A stretch of DNA of 64,000 nt from a bacterium. Its GTDB lineage: Bacteria; JAGOBX01; DAONJL01. Both the position numbers and the translations under genes were made by a program. The DNA is taken from contig DAONJL010000009.1 in assembly GCA_035405645.1 (NCBI GenBank), forward strand, positions 5,216 through 69,215, given 5' to 3'. The notes under the pieces were generated by a model. It searched no databases. It worked only from the letters and a program-made list of their open reading frames with translations, and was not told where the DNA came from. This document shows positions 9,994-19,932 of the stretch, one piece after another. Positions within the stretch are counted from its first letter, which is position 1, and each line of letters opens with the position of its first letter.

Positions 9994-11772
9994 ATGAATA
10001 AAAAAGTGCGTTTAATTTTTGCTGATTTTGAAAAAGAATATATAATAAATGATTCACCATTTATTCTTGATTTCTTACAAAAAAATAATATTTTTATTGA
10101 TGCACTTTGTAGTGGTGAAGGCAAATGCAAAAAATGTCTTGTAAATTTAGATGGTGAATTTGTTCTTGCCTGTCAAACAAAAATTAATAAAGATTCAACA
10201 ATTATATTACAACAAAAAAATTTATATAAAACAAAGGAGGAAATTTTTTTTAATGAAGTAAAAAATAAATATAAAGAATTTCCTTTAATAAAAAAAATTT
10301 ATATAGATTTTTCACTACAAATTAAACAACCTTATATTTCTGATTTTGATTTTTTAAATTTAATTTTACAAAAAGAAAATCTAATTATTTCTGAATTAAA
10401 TAATATATCATTATTAAATAAATTAAATAACTATATTCATTCACAATCAAAAGTTATAATATATTTATTAAAAACAAATGAAAAATATGAACTAATAAAT
10501 ATAACAGAAAAAATTGAAAATAAAAATATAGGATTGGCAATAGATTTAGGCACAACAACTATTTCTATCAGTGCAGTCGATTTTGATAATGTAAATATAT
10601 TAGATACAATAAATTTTTATAATCCACAAATTATATATGGTGCTGATATTATTCATCGAATTATATTTTCATTAAAAAAAGAAAATCGCGAAAAAATTCA
10701 ACAATCATTAATAAACGGTTTATCACAAGCAATAAAATTTCTTTTAAATAAAAATAAAATAAATTCAGATGAAATAACAGCAATAGTAATATCAGGAAAT
10801 ACTACAATGATTCATTTATTTTTAGGACTAAATGCTAAATATATTCGTGAATTTCCATATTCACCAGTATCAAATAATTTTAGTAAAATACAAGCAAAAC
10901 AATTTTTCGACTTTTTAAATTATGCAAATATTTTTATTATTCCTTCTGTTGCAAATTATTTAGGTGGTGATTTAGTTTCAGGTGCTGCATATTGTAATTT
11001 AATAAATACTCATGAAAATTCACTTTTAATTGATTTAGGAACAAATGGCGAAATTATTTTAGCAAGTAATGGTATATTAGCAGGTTGTGCTTGTTCTGCT
11101 GGTCCTGCATTTGAAGGACTTGGATTAAATTGTGGTGAACGATATAGTGAAGGTGTTGTTTTTGATGTAAATTATAATAATGAAAAATTTCATTACTTTA
11201 TTGCTGGCGAAACAAAACCAAAAGGAATTTGTGGAACTGGCGTAATTAGTTTATTAAGACATTTATATGAAAAAAAATATATTGACAAACGAGGAAAATT
11301 TACAGATAAAATTACTGATAAATTAAATAATAAAAAAATCTTTATTTTATTTGATGAAAAATCAACAGCACATAATAAAATTATTTATATTGATGAAATT
11401 GACATTGACAATATTTTAAGAGCAAAAGCAGCAATATTTGCTGGTATGAAATTATTATTAAAAAAATTTGAACTTGACTTTTATGATATTAATAAATTTT
11501 ATATATCAGGTGGAATTGGAAATTCTTTAAATATTGAAAATTCAATTTATATTGGTTTATTGCCAAAATTATCAATTGATAAATTTTTATTTGTAGGTAA
11601 TACTTCATTAACTGGTGCAATATATTATTTATTATATGATGAAATAAGAAAGCAAATAAATGAAGTAGCAAAAAAAATTACATATTTTGATTTAAGTAAT
11701 GAAACAGAATATACAGATGAATTTTTAGCGGCATTATTTATACCGCATACTGATGAAAAATTATTCTTATAA
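9994..11772 (+). CDS. RACo-like protein: N-terminal 2Fe-2S ferredoxin plus ASKHA (DUF4445) ATPase domain
   Basis: N-terminal CSGEGKCKKC...LAC is a plant-type ferredoxin cysteine pattern. GLAIDLGTTTISISAV is the ASKHA phosphate-1 motif. ~590 aa as in corrinoid reductive activators. Confidence 0.6.
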   Translation: MNKKVRLIFADFEKEYIINDSPFILDFLQKNNIFIDALCSGEGKCKKCLVNLDGEFVLACQTKINKDSTIILQQKNLYKTKEEIFFNEVKNKYKEFPLIKKIYIDFSLQIKQPYISDFDFLNLILQKENLIISELNNISLLNKLNNYIHSQSKVIIYLLKTNEKYELINITEKIENKNIGLAIDLGTTTISISAVDFDNVNILDTINFYNPQIIYGADIIHRIIFSLKKENREKIQQSLINGLSQAIKFLLNKNKINSDEITAIVISGNTTMIHLFLGLNAKYIREFPYSPVSNNFSKIQAKQFFDFLNYANIFIIPSVANYLGGDLVSGAAYCNLINTHENSLLIDLGTNGEIILASNGILAGCACSAGPAFEGLGLNCGERYSEGVVFDVNYNNEKFHYFIAGETKPKGICGTGVISLLRHLYEKKYIDKRGKFTDKITDKLNNKKIFILFDEKSTAHNKIIYIDEIDIDNILRAKAAIFAGMKLLLKKFELDFYDINKFYISGGIGNSLNIENSIYIGLLPKLSIDKFLFVGNTSLTGAIYYLLYDEIRKQINEVAKKITYFDLSNETEYTDEFLAALFIPHTDEKLFL

Positions 11773-11784
11773 AGAGGTTTTATT

Positions 11785-13473
11785 ATGGAAGAAAAAAATG
11801 AAAGTAAAAATTTTATTGAAGAAATAATTGATGAACATAACAGGACAAATAAATATGGTGGTAAAGTAGTAACAAGATTTCCACCAGAACCGAATGGCTA
11901 CTTACATATAGGACACGCAAAATCAATTTGTTTAAATTTTGGAATTGCTAAAAAATATGGTGGGAAATGTCATCTTCGTTTTGATGATACTAATCCAGTG
12001 AAAGAAGATATTGAATATATTGAATCAATAAAAGAAGATGTTAAATGGCTTGGTTTTGATTGGGGCGAAAACTTATTCTTTGCCTCTGATTATTTTGACC
12101 AATTGTATGAATATGCAATCCAATTAATAAAAAAAGGTAAAGCGTATGTATGTCAGTTAAGTCCAGATAAAATCCGTGAATATCGTGGCACATTAACTGA
12201 ACCAGGTAAAGATAGTCCATATCGTAATCGTTCAGTTGAAGAAAATCTTGAATTATTTGAGAAAATGCGAAGAGGTGAATTTGAAGAAGGCGAAGCAATA
12301 CTACGCGCTAAAATAGATATGAGTTCTCCAAATATAAATATGCGAGATCCTGCAATTTATCGAATAAAAAAAGTAGCACATCATCGCACTGGCAATAAAT
12401 GGTGTATTTATCCAATGTATGACTTTGCCCATTGTATTTCTGATTCTATCGAAAAAATAACACATTCAATTTGCACACTTGAATTTGAAGATCATAGACC
12501 ACTATATGATTGGTTTTTAGATGAATTAGGAATTTATCATCCACAACAAATAGAATTTGCTCGATTAAATCTAACTTATACAGTAATGAGTAAAAGAAAA
12601 TTATTGGAATTAGTTAAAGAAAAAATAGTTAGTGGTTGGGATGATCCACGAATGCCAACTCTAAGTGGATTACGAAGACGAGGTTATACGCCAGAAGCAA
12701 TTCGTCAGTTTTGTGATGCAATCGGCGTTGCTAAAAGTAATAGTATGGTTGATATAAGTCATTTAGAGCATTGCTTACGAGAAGACTTGAATAAACGCGC
12801 ACAAAGAGTAATGGCAGTTTTAGAACCAATAAAAATAATTATTGAAAATTATCCTGATAATCAAATTGAAGAAATAGAAATTCTAAATAATCCAGAAGAT
12901 GAAACAATGGGAAAAAGAAAAATTCATTTTACAAAGATAATTTATATTGAGAAAGATGATTTTAGAGAAGTTCCACCGCCAAAATATTTTCGACTTTATC
13001 CTGGCAATGAAGTTCGTTTAATGAATGCATATTATATTAAATGTAAAGAAATAATAAAAGATAAAGTAACAGGTGAAATAAAAGAAATAATTTGCACTTA
13101 TGATCCTGAAACAAAAGGTGGCTGGTCAAAAGATGGTAGAAAAGTTAAAGGTACAATACACTGGATTTCTGATATTGATGCTGTTAATGCAGAAGTTCGT
13201 CTATATGACCATTTATTTACCATACCAAATCTTGATGATATTCCTGAAGATAAAGATTATAAAGATTACTTAAATCCTAATTCATTAATTGTATTAAAAA
13301 ATTGCAAAGTAGAAAACAGATTACAAAATGCAGCAATAGGCGATAAATTTCAATTTTTAAGACTTGGTTATTTTTGTATTGATAAAGATTCAACACCAGA
13401 AAATTTAATAATAAATCGCACAGTGCCATTAAAAGATAGTTGGGCAAAAATAGAAAAAAAATTAAGTAAATAA
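11785..13473 (+). CDS. glnS: Glutaminyl-tRNA synthetase
   Basis: [17 protein letters not shown] (HIGH) and VMSKR (KMSKS). 562 aa with a GlnRS-type C-terminal anticodon-binding region. Confidence 0.9.
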   Translation: MEEKNESKNFIEEIIDEHNRTNKYGGKVVTRFPPEPNGYLHIGHAKSICLNFGIAKKYGGKCHLRFDDTNPVKEDIEYIESIKEDVKWLGFDWGENLFFASDYFDQLYEYAIQLIKKGKAYVCQLSPDKIREYRGTLTEPGKDSPYRNRSVEENLELFEKMRRGEFEEGEAILRAKIDMSSPNINMRDPAIYRIKKVAHHRTGNKWCIYPMYDFAHCISDSIEKITHSICTLEFEDHRPLYDWFLDELGIYHPQQIEFARLNLTYTVMSKRKLLELVKEKIVSGWDDPRMPTLSGLRRRGYTPEAIRQFCDAIGVAKSNSMVDISHLEHCLREDLNKRAQRVMAVLEPIKIIIENYPDNQIEEIEILNNPEDETMGKRKIHFTKIIYIEKDDFREVPPPKYFRLYPGNEVRLMNAYYIKCKEIIKDKVTGEIKEIICTYDPETKGGWSKDGRKVKGTIHWISDIDAVNAEVRLYDHLFTIPNLDDIPEDKDYKDYLNPNSLIVLKNCKVENRLQNAAIGDKFQFLRLGYFCIDKDSTPENLIINRTVPLKDSWAKIEKKLSK

Positions 13474-13575
13474 ATTATTAAATAATAAAATGATAGACAA
13501 GTTAAATATAACTACATTATTATTTGAGACTTCTAAAATATTTATATTTTAATTTTGTTAATTTGCATCATAATG

Positions 13576-14781
13576 TTATTTATCAATTGTTGAGAAATAA
13601 CCTGATATTTTATAACCACAATATTCACAATTACCTTTTTTATTTACTTTTAATTCTTTTACATAATATCCTTTTCTCACTATTATTGTTTTTTTACAAT
13701 TTGGACAAATAGTATCCTGTCCTTTATCTTCAAGTAAATTTCCAATATATACATATTTTAAACCAACAGTTTTAGCAATATCAAAAGCTTTATATAAAGT
13801 TTCAGGTGGTGTTGGTGGTTTATTTTTCAATTTATAATTTGGAAAAAATCTCAAAAAATGTAATGGCGTTTCAGCACCTAAATTTTCATATATCCATTTA
13901 CATAAATTTCGTATTTCTTCATCAGAATCATTTGCGTCAGGAATAATAAGATTTGATATTTCTAACCAGACATTCTCTTTTTTCATTATTTTTAAAGCAT
14001 TTAATACAGGTGCAAGTTTTGCCGTTGTATATGTTCTATAAACTTTTTCTGTAAAGCCTTTTAAATCAACTGTCGCTGCATCTATATATTTACATAATTC
14101 TTTCAAAGGTTCTTCATTTATATAAGCAGCTGTAACAAGAACATTTTTAATACCTTGTTCTTTTGCTTTTTTTGCTGTTTCTATAACATACTCATAAAAA
14201 ATAACGGGTTCAGAATAAGTATAAGAAATTATTCTCGAATTATTATTTATTGCTAATTGCACAACATCCTGTGGTAATAAAACATTTACATTTTCAATAT
14301 CAAATGGATTTAATTGTGATATTGTCCAATTCTGACAATTAATGCAATGTAGATTACAACCTGCTGTTGCTATTGATAGTGTTCTTTCCTTTGGAAAAAA
14401 ATGATAAAATGGTTTTTTTTCAATTGGGTCAATATTTACTGCAACAGGGCGAGCATAAACGAGTGAATATAATTTGCCATTGATATTAGCCCGAACACGA
14501 CAATCGCCAACAAACCCATTTTCAATTACACATTCACGAGGACATAAAAGACATAAAACTTTTTTATCTTCAAGTTTCTCATAATATTTCGCTTCATATA
14601 ATGCAAGATTTTTTTGTTTTACTAATTCTTCTGTAATTAATTGATTTGCTGCTTCTATTTCTTTTGGTTTGAAAAATTTTATTTTTGAATCTTCTCTTTT
14701 TATCTTAAAAATATCTGATAATAATGAATAAAAAATTACAATGAAAAAAAATAATGAAATAAATAACTTTATTTTTTTCAT
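13576..14781 (-). CDS. AmmeMemoRadiSam-system-type radical SAM enzyme (AmrS-like) with an N-terminal membrane anchor/extension
   Basis: ALYEAKYYEKLEDKKVLCLLCPRECV...GDCRVR has the N-terminal Cys cluster. GCNLHCINCQNW is CX3CX2C. The C-terminus carries CPNCKK...CEYCG. The first ~55 aa include a hydrophobic helix. Confidence 0.6.
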   Translation of the reverse strand: MKKIKLFISLFFFIVIFYSLLSDIFKIKREDSKIKFFKPKEIEAANQLITEELVKQKNLALYEAKYYEKLEDKKVLCLLCPRECVIENGFVGDCRVRANINGKLYSLVYARPVAVNIDPIEKKPFYHFFPKERTLSIATAGCNLHCINCQNWTISQLNPFDIENVNVLLPQDVVQLAINNNSRIISYTYSEPVIFYEYVIETAKKAKEQGIKNVLVTAAYINEEPLKELCKYIDAATVDLKGFTEKVYRTYTTAKLAPVLNALKIMKKENVWLEISNLIIPDANDSDEEIRNLCKWIYENLGAETPLHFLRFFPNYKLKNKPPTPPETLYKAFDIAKTVGLKYVYIGNLLEDKGQDTICPNCKKTIIVRKGYYVKELKVNKKGNCEYCGYKISGYFSTIDK

Positions 14782-15557
14782 TACTTACATCTTAATTCAT
14801 TATCCTTTATCCGTTTTTCATATAATGATTTTTTATAAGAAATGCAATTTTTAAAATGTTTATATAATTCTATTTCAAAGGATAAATACTCTTTAATAAA
14901 CTCAAAACTTTTAAATTCAGAAACTTTAAAAACTATATTCCGTGTATTTATTAATTCTGGTTTTAAATAAGTTATAATTTTTTCAATATTAGAAAATTTT
15001 ATTTTGCCGCCTATAGAAATAAATAAAGAAGGGTCTTTTGCTTTAACAGAAGAAATAATTTTTTTACAGGTTTTATATACACATTCATCATCAACATCAA
15101 GTCCCATACTTCCTGCTAAATCAGTTCTGCCAATAATCACAGAACTAATATTTTTAAAATATTTATTATTAATAATTTGATTTAAATTTTTTACTGCTGT
15201 GATAGTTTCAATATTTATACTAAATTTAATATTCAAATTTTCAGGTTTTAAATCTAAAAAAGATTTATAAAAATTAATAAAACTATATTCAGATTCAATC
15301 ATTGGCGCAACAATAACATCAACTTTATTTTTGATACACTCTCGTATATCATTTCTTGCTTCCGGTCCACCTATTTTAACAATTAAAGGAACTAATTTAT
15401 CAGAAATTTTTCTAAAAAAAGCAATCTCATCAAAATTCATATCTTCTACTTCTGTTCCTGCTTTTAATGCATATAAACCTCTTTCTCTTTTTAAAAAAGA
15501 AATTTTCTTTTTAAAATATGAAATAATTGATTTATCAAAAAAATATTTTGTAGGCAT
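14781..15557 (-). CDS. HpcH/HpaI aldolase / citrate-lyase-beta (CitE)-like protein
   Basis: VIVAPMIESEYSF resembles the PKVES block and VIIGRTDLAGSMGL the GxNDLaasLG block. Start/stop overlap (ATGA) with the radical SAM gene. Confidence 0.5.
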   Translation of the reverse strand: MPTKYFFDKSIISYFKKKISFLKRERGLYALKAGTEVEDMNFDEIAFFRKISDKLVPLIVKIGGPEARNDIRECIKNKVDVIVAPMIESEYSFINFYKSFLDLKPENLNIKFSINIETITAVKNLNQIINNKYFKNISSVIIGRTDLAGSMGLDVDDECVYKTCKKIISSVKAKDPSLFISIGGKIKFSNIEKIITYLKPELINTRNIVFKVSEFKSFEFIKEYLSFEIELYKHFKNCISYKKSLYEKRIKDNELRCK

Positions 15558-15583
15558 TTTAACTCCAAGTGTTTTATTTTTCT

Positions 15584-16858
15584 TTAACTTTTGATTTTTA
15601 AGAATTCACCTTTATATAAATTATTCTTGTTATAGATTCGTTGCAACCATCTTTTTTCTTTGTTATCCCAGTAGTAAATATCAGAAATATCAACATTAAA
15701 TCTTTCAGAAATGGATTCTAATGTATCGCCAATTTGTGCTTCATAAAAATAATCTTTATTATTTTTATTTGAAATTGATATATTTAAATCCGCTGTATTT
15801 GCATAGTTTTGAATATAATTATTATATTTTGATAAAAATATTTTTTTTGTTTTTGCTGGTAAATAAATATTGCAATCAATACCAACAGGTAATTTATTTG
15901 TTATATGTGGATTATAAGAATTTATTTTTTCAAAACTAACATCAAGCCAGGAACTAATTTTATATAAATCTAATTTAACCGGTGGGTTTATTTTCACTAA
16001 GTCATAAGTATAAGGCGTAATATAACCCTTCATAAAATTATATCTTTCAATATTTTCATAAATAATTTTAAATGCTAATATTTGTGGAATATAATTTTTT
16101 GTTTCTAATGGTAATCTATCTAATTGCCAAAAATCTTTAATACCATTTTTATAGATAATTGCATACCTAACAGTCTGTGGCCCACAATTATATGCTGCTA
16201 AAGCTAATAGCCAATCATAAAAACGATATTCTGAACTATAATATAAATATCTTAAATAATCACAAGCTGCTTTTGTTGATTTCTCTAAATCATTTCTTTC
16301 ATCGTATTGAATTGGATATATTGTTTTTAAATTATATCTACGACCTGTTTCATCAATAAATTGCCACCAGCCTTTTGCGCCTTTATGTGAAACTGCTCTG
16401 GCATTTAAACCACTTTCGTGAACACACACATAAAAAAGGTCAAGCGGCAATCCTTCATTTTGTAATATATTTTTTATTGTTTTTTCATAATATTGTGCTT
16501 TGTAAATTAGATTTTGTATTCCTTTTCTTGCTTTTGAATCTGTTGTATATTTTTTTAAAATATATTGAACTTTATAATTAAGTCGCACACGCTGATTACA
16601 AAAATCTATTGTCTCAAAATCATATTTTTCTTCTGGGTATAAATTTGATAAATAAGAGGTATCATTAAAATCATTATTGAACATTAAAGAATTTAAATAT
16701 GATAGTGAAGAACCATTCTCTTCTGTAAAATTATTTTTGGTTAATAATTCTTCAAAATTATAACTTTCCAATCTTCGTTCATAAGAAGTGCAGCCGAAAA
16801 AGATTAAATATGAACATAATATAAATAAATAAATTAATATTATACGCTTCCTTTTCAT
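15584..16858 (-). CDS. MltD-like lytic transglycosylase lipoprotein with C-terminal LysM
   Basis: Lipobox FFGC. SLT catalytic motif ESGLNARAVSHKGAKGWWQF. C-terminal LysM (AQIGDTLESISERFNVDISDI). Confidence 0.7.
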   Translation of the reverse strand: MKRKRIILIYLFILCSYLIFFGCTSYERRLESYNFEELLTKNNFTEENGSSLSYLNSLMFNNDFNDTSYLSNLYPEEKYDFETIDFCNQRVRLNYKVQYILKKYTTDSKARKGIQNLIYKAQYYEKTIKNILQNEGLPLDLFYVCVHESGLNARAVSHKGAKGWWQFIDETGRRYNLKTIYPIQYDERNDLEKSTKAACDYLRYLYYSSEYRFYDWLLALAAYNCGPQTVRYAIIYKNGIKDFWQLDRLPLETKNYIPQILAFKIIYENIERYNFMKGYITPYTYDLVKINPPVKLDLYKISSWLDVSFEKINSYNPHITNKLPVGIDCNIYLPAKTKKIFLSKYNNYIQNYANTADLNISISNKNNKDYFYEAQIGDTLESISERFNVDISDIYYWDNKEKRWLQRIYNKNNLYKGEFLKIKS

Positions 16859-17020
16859 TAAAATTTCTCAAATTTTTTTATTGATTTTAAAAAATAATTA
16901 TAATATAATAATAACAATATTGTCAATTATTATTTTTAAAAAATTTATAAATACAATTGATATAAATAACACTCATTTTAGAAATTTTTTTTCACTGCAA
17001 TTCAATAGGAACTTAAAATA

Positions 17021-18751
17021 ATGGTAATAAATATTATTGATTTAAACTTATTAAAAATAGTTTTAAAAAAATATTATATTGAAAATAATATTAATTATAC
17101 TTTCTTTGATATAAGTATATCAGATTTAGAAGAAGAAATAAAAACAAAAAAACCATCAATAATTTGTATTCAGGATAAATTTTTTGGTTTTGATATTGAT
17201 GAATTTATAAAAAAAATTTTTAAAATAATAAAAGAACAAAATCTAAATACTAAAATCTTTTTAATTTATTTAGATGAAAATCCTCAGTTATTTAATAAAT
17301 ATAAAGATGAAATAATTTTTATAAATTTAAAAAATTTGAATGAAATAAAAAATTATTTTAATATATATTTAAAAGCAGAACAAAAAGTTGAACCAGAAAA
17401 AAAAGTAAAAAAACAATTTGAAATACTTTTTGTTGATGATAGTAATTCAATGCATAGTTTAATTAATAATTTTTTACAAAATAATGACAATAAAATCTAT
17501 CACGCATATAGTGGAGTAGAAGCTATAAAAAAATACTATGAAATTTTACCAGATTTAATAATCACTGATATTGAAATGCCTGAAATGAATGGTTTGGAAT
17601 TATGTAAAAAAATAAAAGAACAAAATATAAATAGATTCATTCCAATAATAATACTATCAAGCAGAAGTGATAAAATCACAATCGAAGAAGCATTTAATTA
17701 TGGAGCAGATGATTATTTGATTAAGCCAATAGACGGTGAAAAACTTAAAGCAATCATTGAAAGATATAGAAAAATAATTCATAGCAAAAAGAAAAATAAA
17801 ATTTTAATTATTGATGATAGTAAGATAATTAGAGAATATTTAAGACATTCGCTATTAAAACAGGGCTTTAGCGTAATAACAGCAGAAAATGGTAAAATTG
17901 GATATGAAATAATTAAAAAAGAAAAACCAGATATAATATTAACTGATATAGAAATGCCATTAATGGATGGTTATGAATTATGTAAGAAAATAAAAAATGA
18001 TAATGAATTAAATGAAATACCAATTTTAATAATGAGTTCAAAAGATAAAGCCTATGATATAAAAAAAGCAAATGAATTAGGTATTGTTCATTATTTTGTT
18101 AAACCATTTGATATAGAAAAATTAATACTTGTAATTGATAGATTAATAATTGAGAAATATGATATATATAAAAAAGAAACAGAATATATGTTATTAACCA
18201 TACAATCATTAATAAAAGCATTAGAGGCACGCGATGAATATACAAAAGGACATACAGAGCGTGTGGCAGAATTATCAGTAAAATTAGGTAAATATATGGG
18301 ATTATCAGAGAATGAAATAAATGAATTAAAGATAGCAGCAAATTTACATGATATTGGCAAAATAGGGATAAAAGATGAAATATTATTAAAACCAGATAAA
18401 TTAACTGATGATGAATATTTGATAATTCAGGAACATACAATAATTGGCGCAGAAATTTTAAAACCAATAAAATCATTATCAAAAATAATACCACTTATTT
18501 TACACCACCATGAGCGTTGGGATGGTGCTGGTTATCCAGGGCATATAAGTAAAGAACAAATACCATTAGGTGCTCGTATAATTGCTATTGTTGATTCCTA
18601 TGATGCAATGACATCAAATAGACCATACAGAAAAAAGTTAAGACCAGAAGAAGCAATAAAAATAATAAAAGAAAATGCTGGTAAACAATATTGTCCAAAA
18701 TGTGTTGATGCATTTTTAAAAATGATGGCAGAAGAAAAAAATAATGCCTGA
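17021..18751 (+). CDS. Response regulator with degenerate N-terminal REC-like domain, two REC domains and a C-terminal HD-GYP phosphodiesterase
   Basis: Two receiver blocks (ILFVDDS...LIITDIEMPEMNG...KPI and ILIIDDS...ILTDIEMPLMDG...KPF). HD-GYP signature HTERV...LHDIGKIGI...HHERWDGAGYPG. Confidence 0.75.
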   Translation: MVINIIDLNLLKIVLKKYYIENNINYTFFDISISDLEEEIKTKKPSIICIQDKFFGFDIDEFIKKIFKIIKEQNLNTKIFLIYLDENPQLFNKYKDEIIFINLKNLNEIKNYFNIYLKAEQKVEPEKKVKKQFEILFVDDSNSMHSLINNFLQNNDNKIYHAYSGVEAIKKYYEILPDLIITDIEMPEMNGLELCKKIKEQNINRFIPIIILSSRSDKITIEEAFNYGADDYLIKPIDGEKLKAIIERYRKIIHSKKKNKILIIDDSKIIREYLRHSLLKQGFSVITAENGKIGYEIIKKEKPDIILTDIEMPLMDGYELCKKIKNDNELNEIPILIMSSKDKAYDIKKANELGIVHYFVKPFDIEKLILVIDRLIIEKYDIYKKETEYMLLTIQSLIKALEARDEYTKGHTERVAELSVKLGKYMGLSENEINELKIAANLHDIGKIGIKDEILLKPDKLTDDEYLIIQEHTIIGAEILKPIKSLSKIIPLILHHHERWDGAGYPGHISKEQIPLGARIIAIVDSYDAMTSNRPYRKKLRPEEAIKIIKENAGKQYCPKCVDAFLKMMAEEKNNA

Positions 18752-19895
18752 CGAAATCAAAGAAGATATAATAAAAATATATTGCAATAAATATTTATTT
18801 AAAGGTAAAACATTTAGAGATATAGAAAATAATATAATTAAAATAATAGAGCGTGGATATTATAATTTTTATGAAGGTCCTGATTTTAAAGATTTTACAA
18901 TAAACACAAAAAATAAAATCATTAAAAGTGATATAGAAGTTGAAACTAACTTAAATAATTATTTTTTACATAAGCATCATATTGATAATAACTACAAAAA
19001 TGTAAAAATAATTTTTGTTTATGAACTTGATAACAAGATTGAAAAAAGAATAAACAAACAAATTGTAATATTAAAAAATAAAATAAATAAATTAACAGAA
19101 AATGATATAATAGAATTAAAAAATTATTTTTTACAATCAATTTATAAAACACATCTAATAAACAAATTAAAAAAACTTGATAAAATAACAAGAAAAAAAG
19201 AAATAATAAAATTAGGAATAAAAAGATTTATAAACAAAAAAAGAGATATAAAAAACTTAATAAAAAAAAATGGTGAAAAAATTGGCTTAATAATAAAATT
19301 ATTTGAAATAACAGGTTATAGCAGAAATAAAGAATTATTTAGACGAATAGCAGAAAATATTGATTGGATAAAAATAATAAACAAACTAAATTATTCTTCA
19401 TTGAATTTCCAAAAAGAATTTTTTTATAATTTATTATTAGAAATTTTTGATAAAAATAAAAATGAATATTTAATAAATAAAATAGAAATCAATTATAAAA
19501 AATATAAAGTTTATCCCAGAGCTGATTTAAAATTAAGAATAAATATTTTAATACCAATTTTATTAAAAATAATAAGTATCGATAATTTTACAGAATTAAA
19601 AGAAATAAAAGAAAAGAAAAGAATTAGTGAATTATATGTATGGTTTAAAGAATATTTTTTATTTAATAAACTAAAAACAGATATACAAAATTTCAGGATA
19701 AAATCATATATTTATAATTTATGGTTGCCATATTTAGCAATTAAATACAAAAATGACTATGTAAAAAAAGAATTGTTAAATTTCCCAAAAATTACAAATT
19801 ATCATTGTATAAATTATCCTGAAAGAATATTAGAATTAAATGAAAAAGGAATAAAAGAAATTGAACAACAAGGATTATTATATTTATGTAGATAA
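18744..19895 (+). CDS. DUF2851-family protein
   Basis: GPDFKDFTIN...DIEVETNLNNYFLHKHHIDNNYKNVKIIFVYE matches the DUF2851 GPDF...VEIH..SDW.HGH..D..YnNVILHVV block. 8-nt overlap with the upstream HD-GYP gene. Confidence 0.45.
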   Translation: MPDEIKEDIIKIYCNKYLFKGKTFRDIENNIIKIIERGYYNFYEGPDFKDFTINTKNKIIKSDIEVETNLNNYFLHKHHIDNNYKNVKIIFVYELDNKIEKRINKQIVILKNKINKLTENDIIELKNYFLQSIYKTHLINKLKKLDKITRKKEIIKLGIKRFINKKRDIKNLIKKNGEKIGLIIKLFEITGYSRNKELFRRIAENIDWIKIINKLNYSSLNFQKEFFYNLLLEIFDKNKNEYLINKIEINYKKYKVYPRADLKLRINILIPILLKIISIDNFTELKEIKEKKRISELYVWFKEYFLFNKLKTDIQNFRIKSYIYNLWLPYLAIKYKNDYVKKELLNFPKITNYHCINYPERILELNEKGIKEIEQQGLLYLCR

Positions 19896-19932
19896 AAAAA
19901 TTTAATAATAATAGAAGTAAGGAGAAATTAAT

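Noticed and set aside
13524-13712. 62-aa plus-strand ORF overlapping the 3' end of the radical SAM gene
   Set aside because: It overlaps a gene with strong motif support and is pure hydrophobic low complexity, so it is likely spurious.
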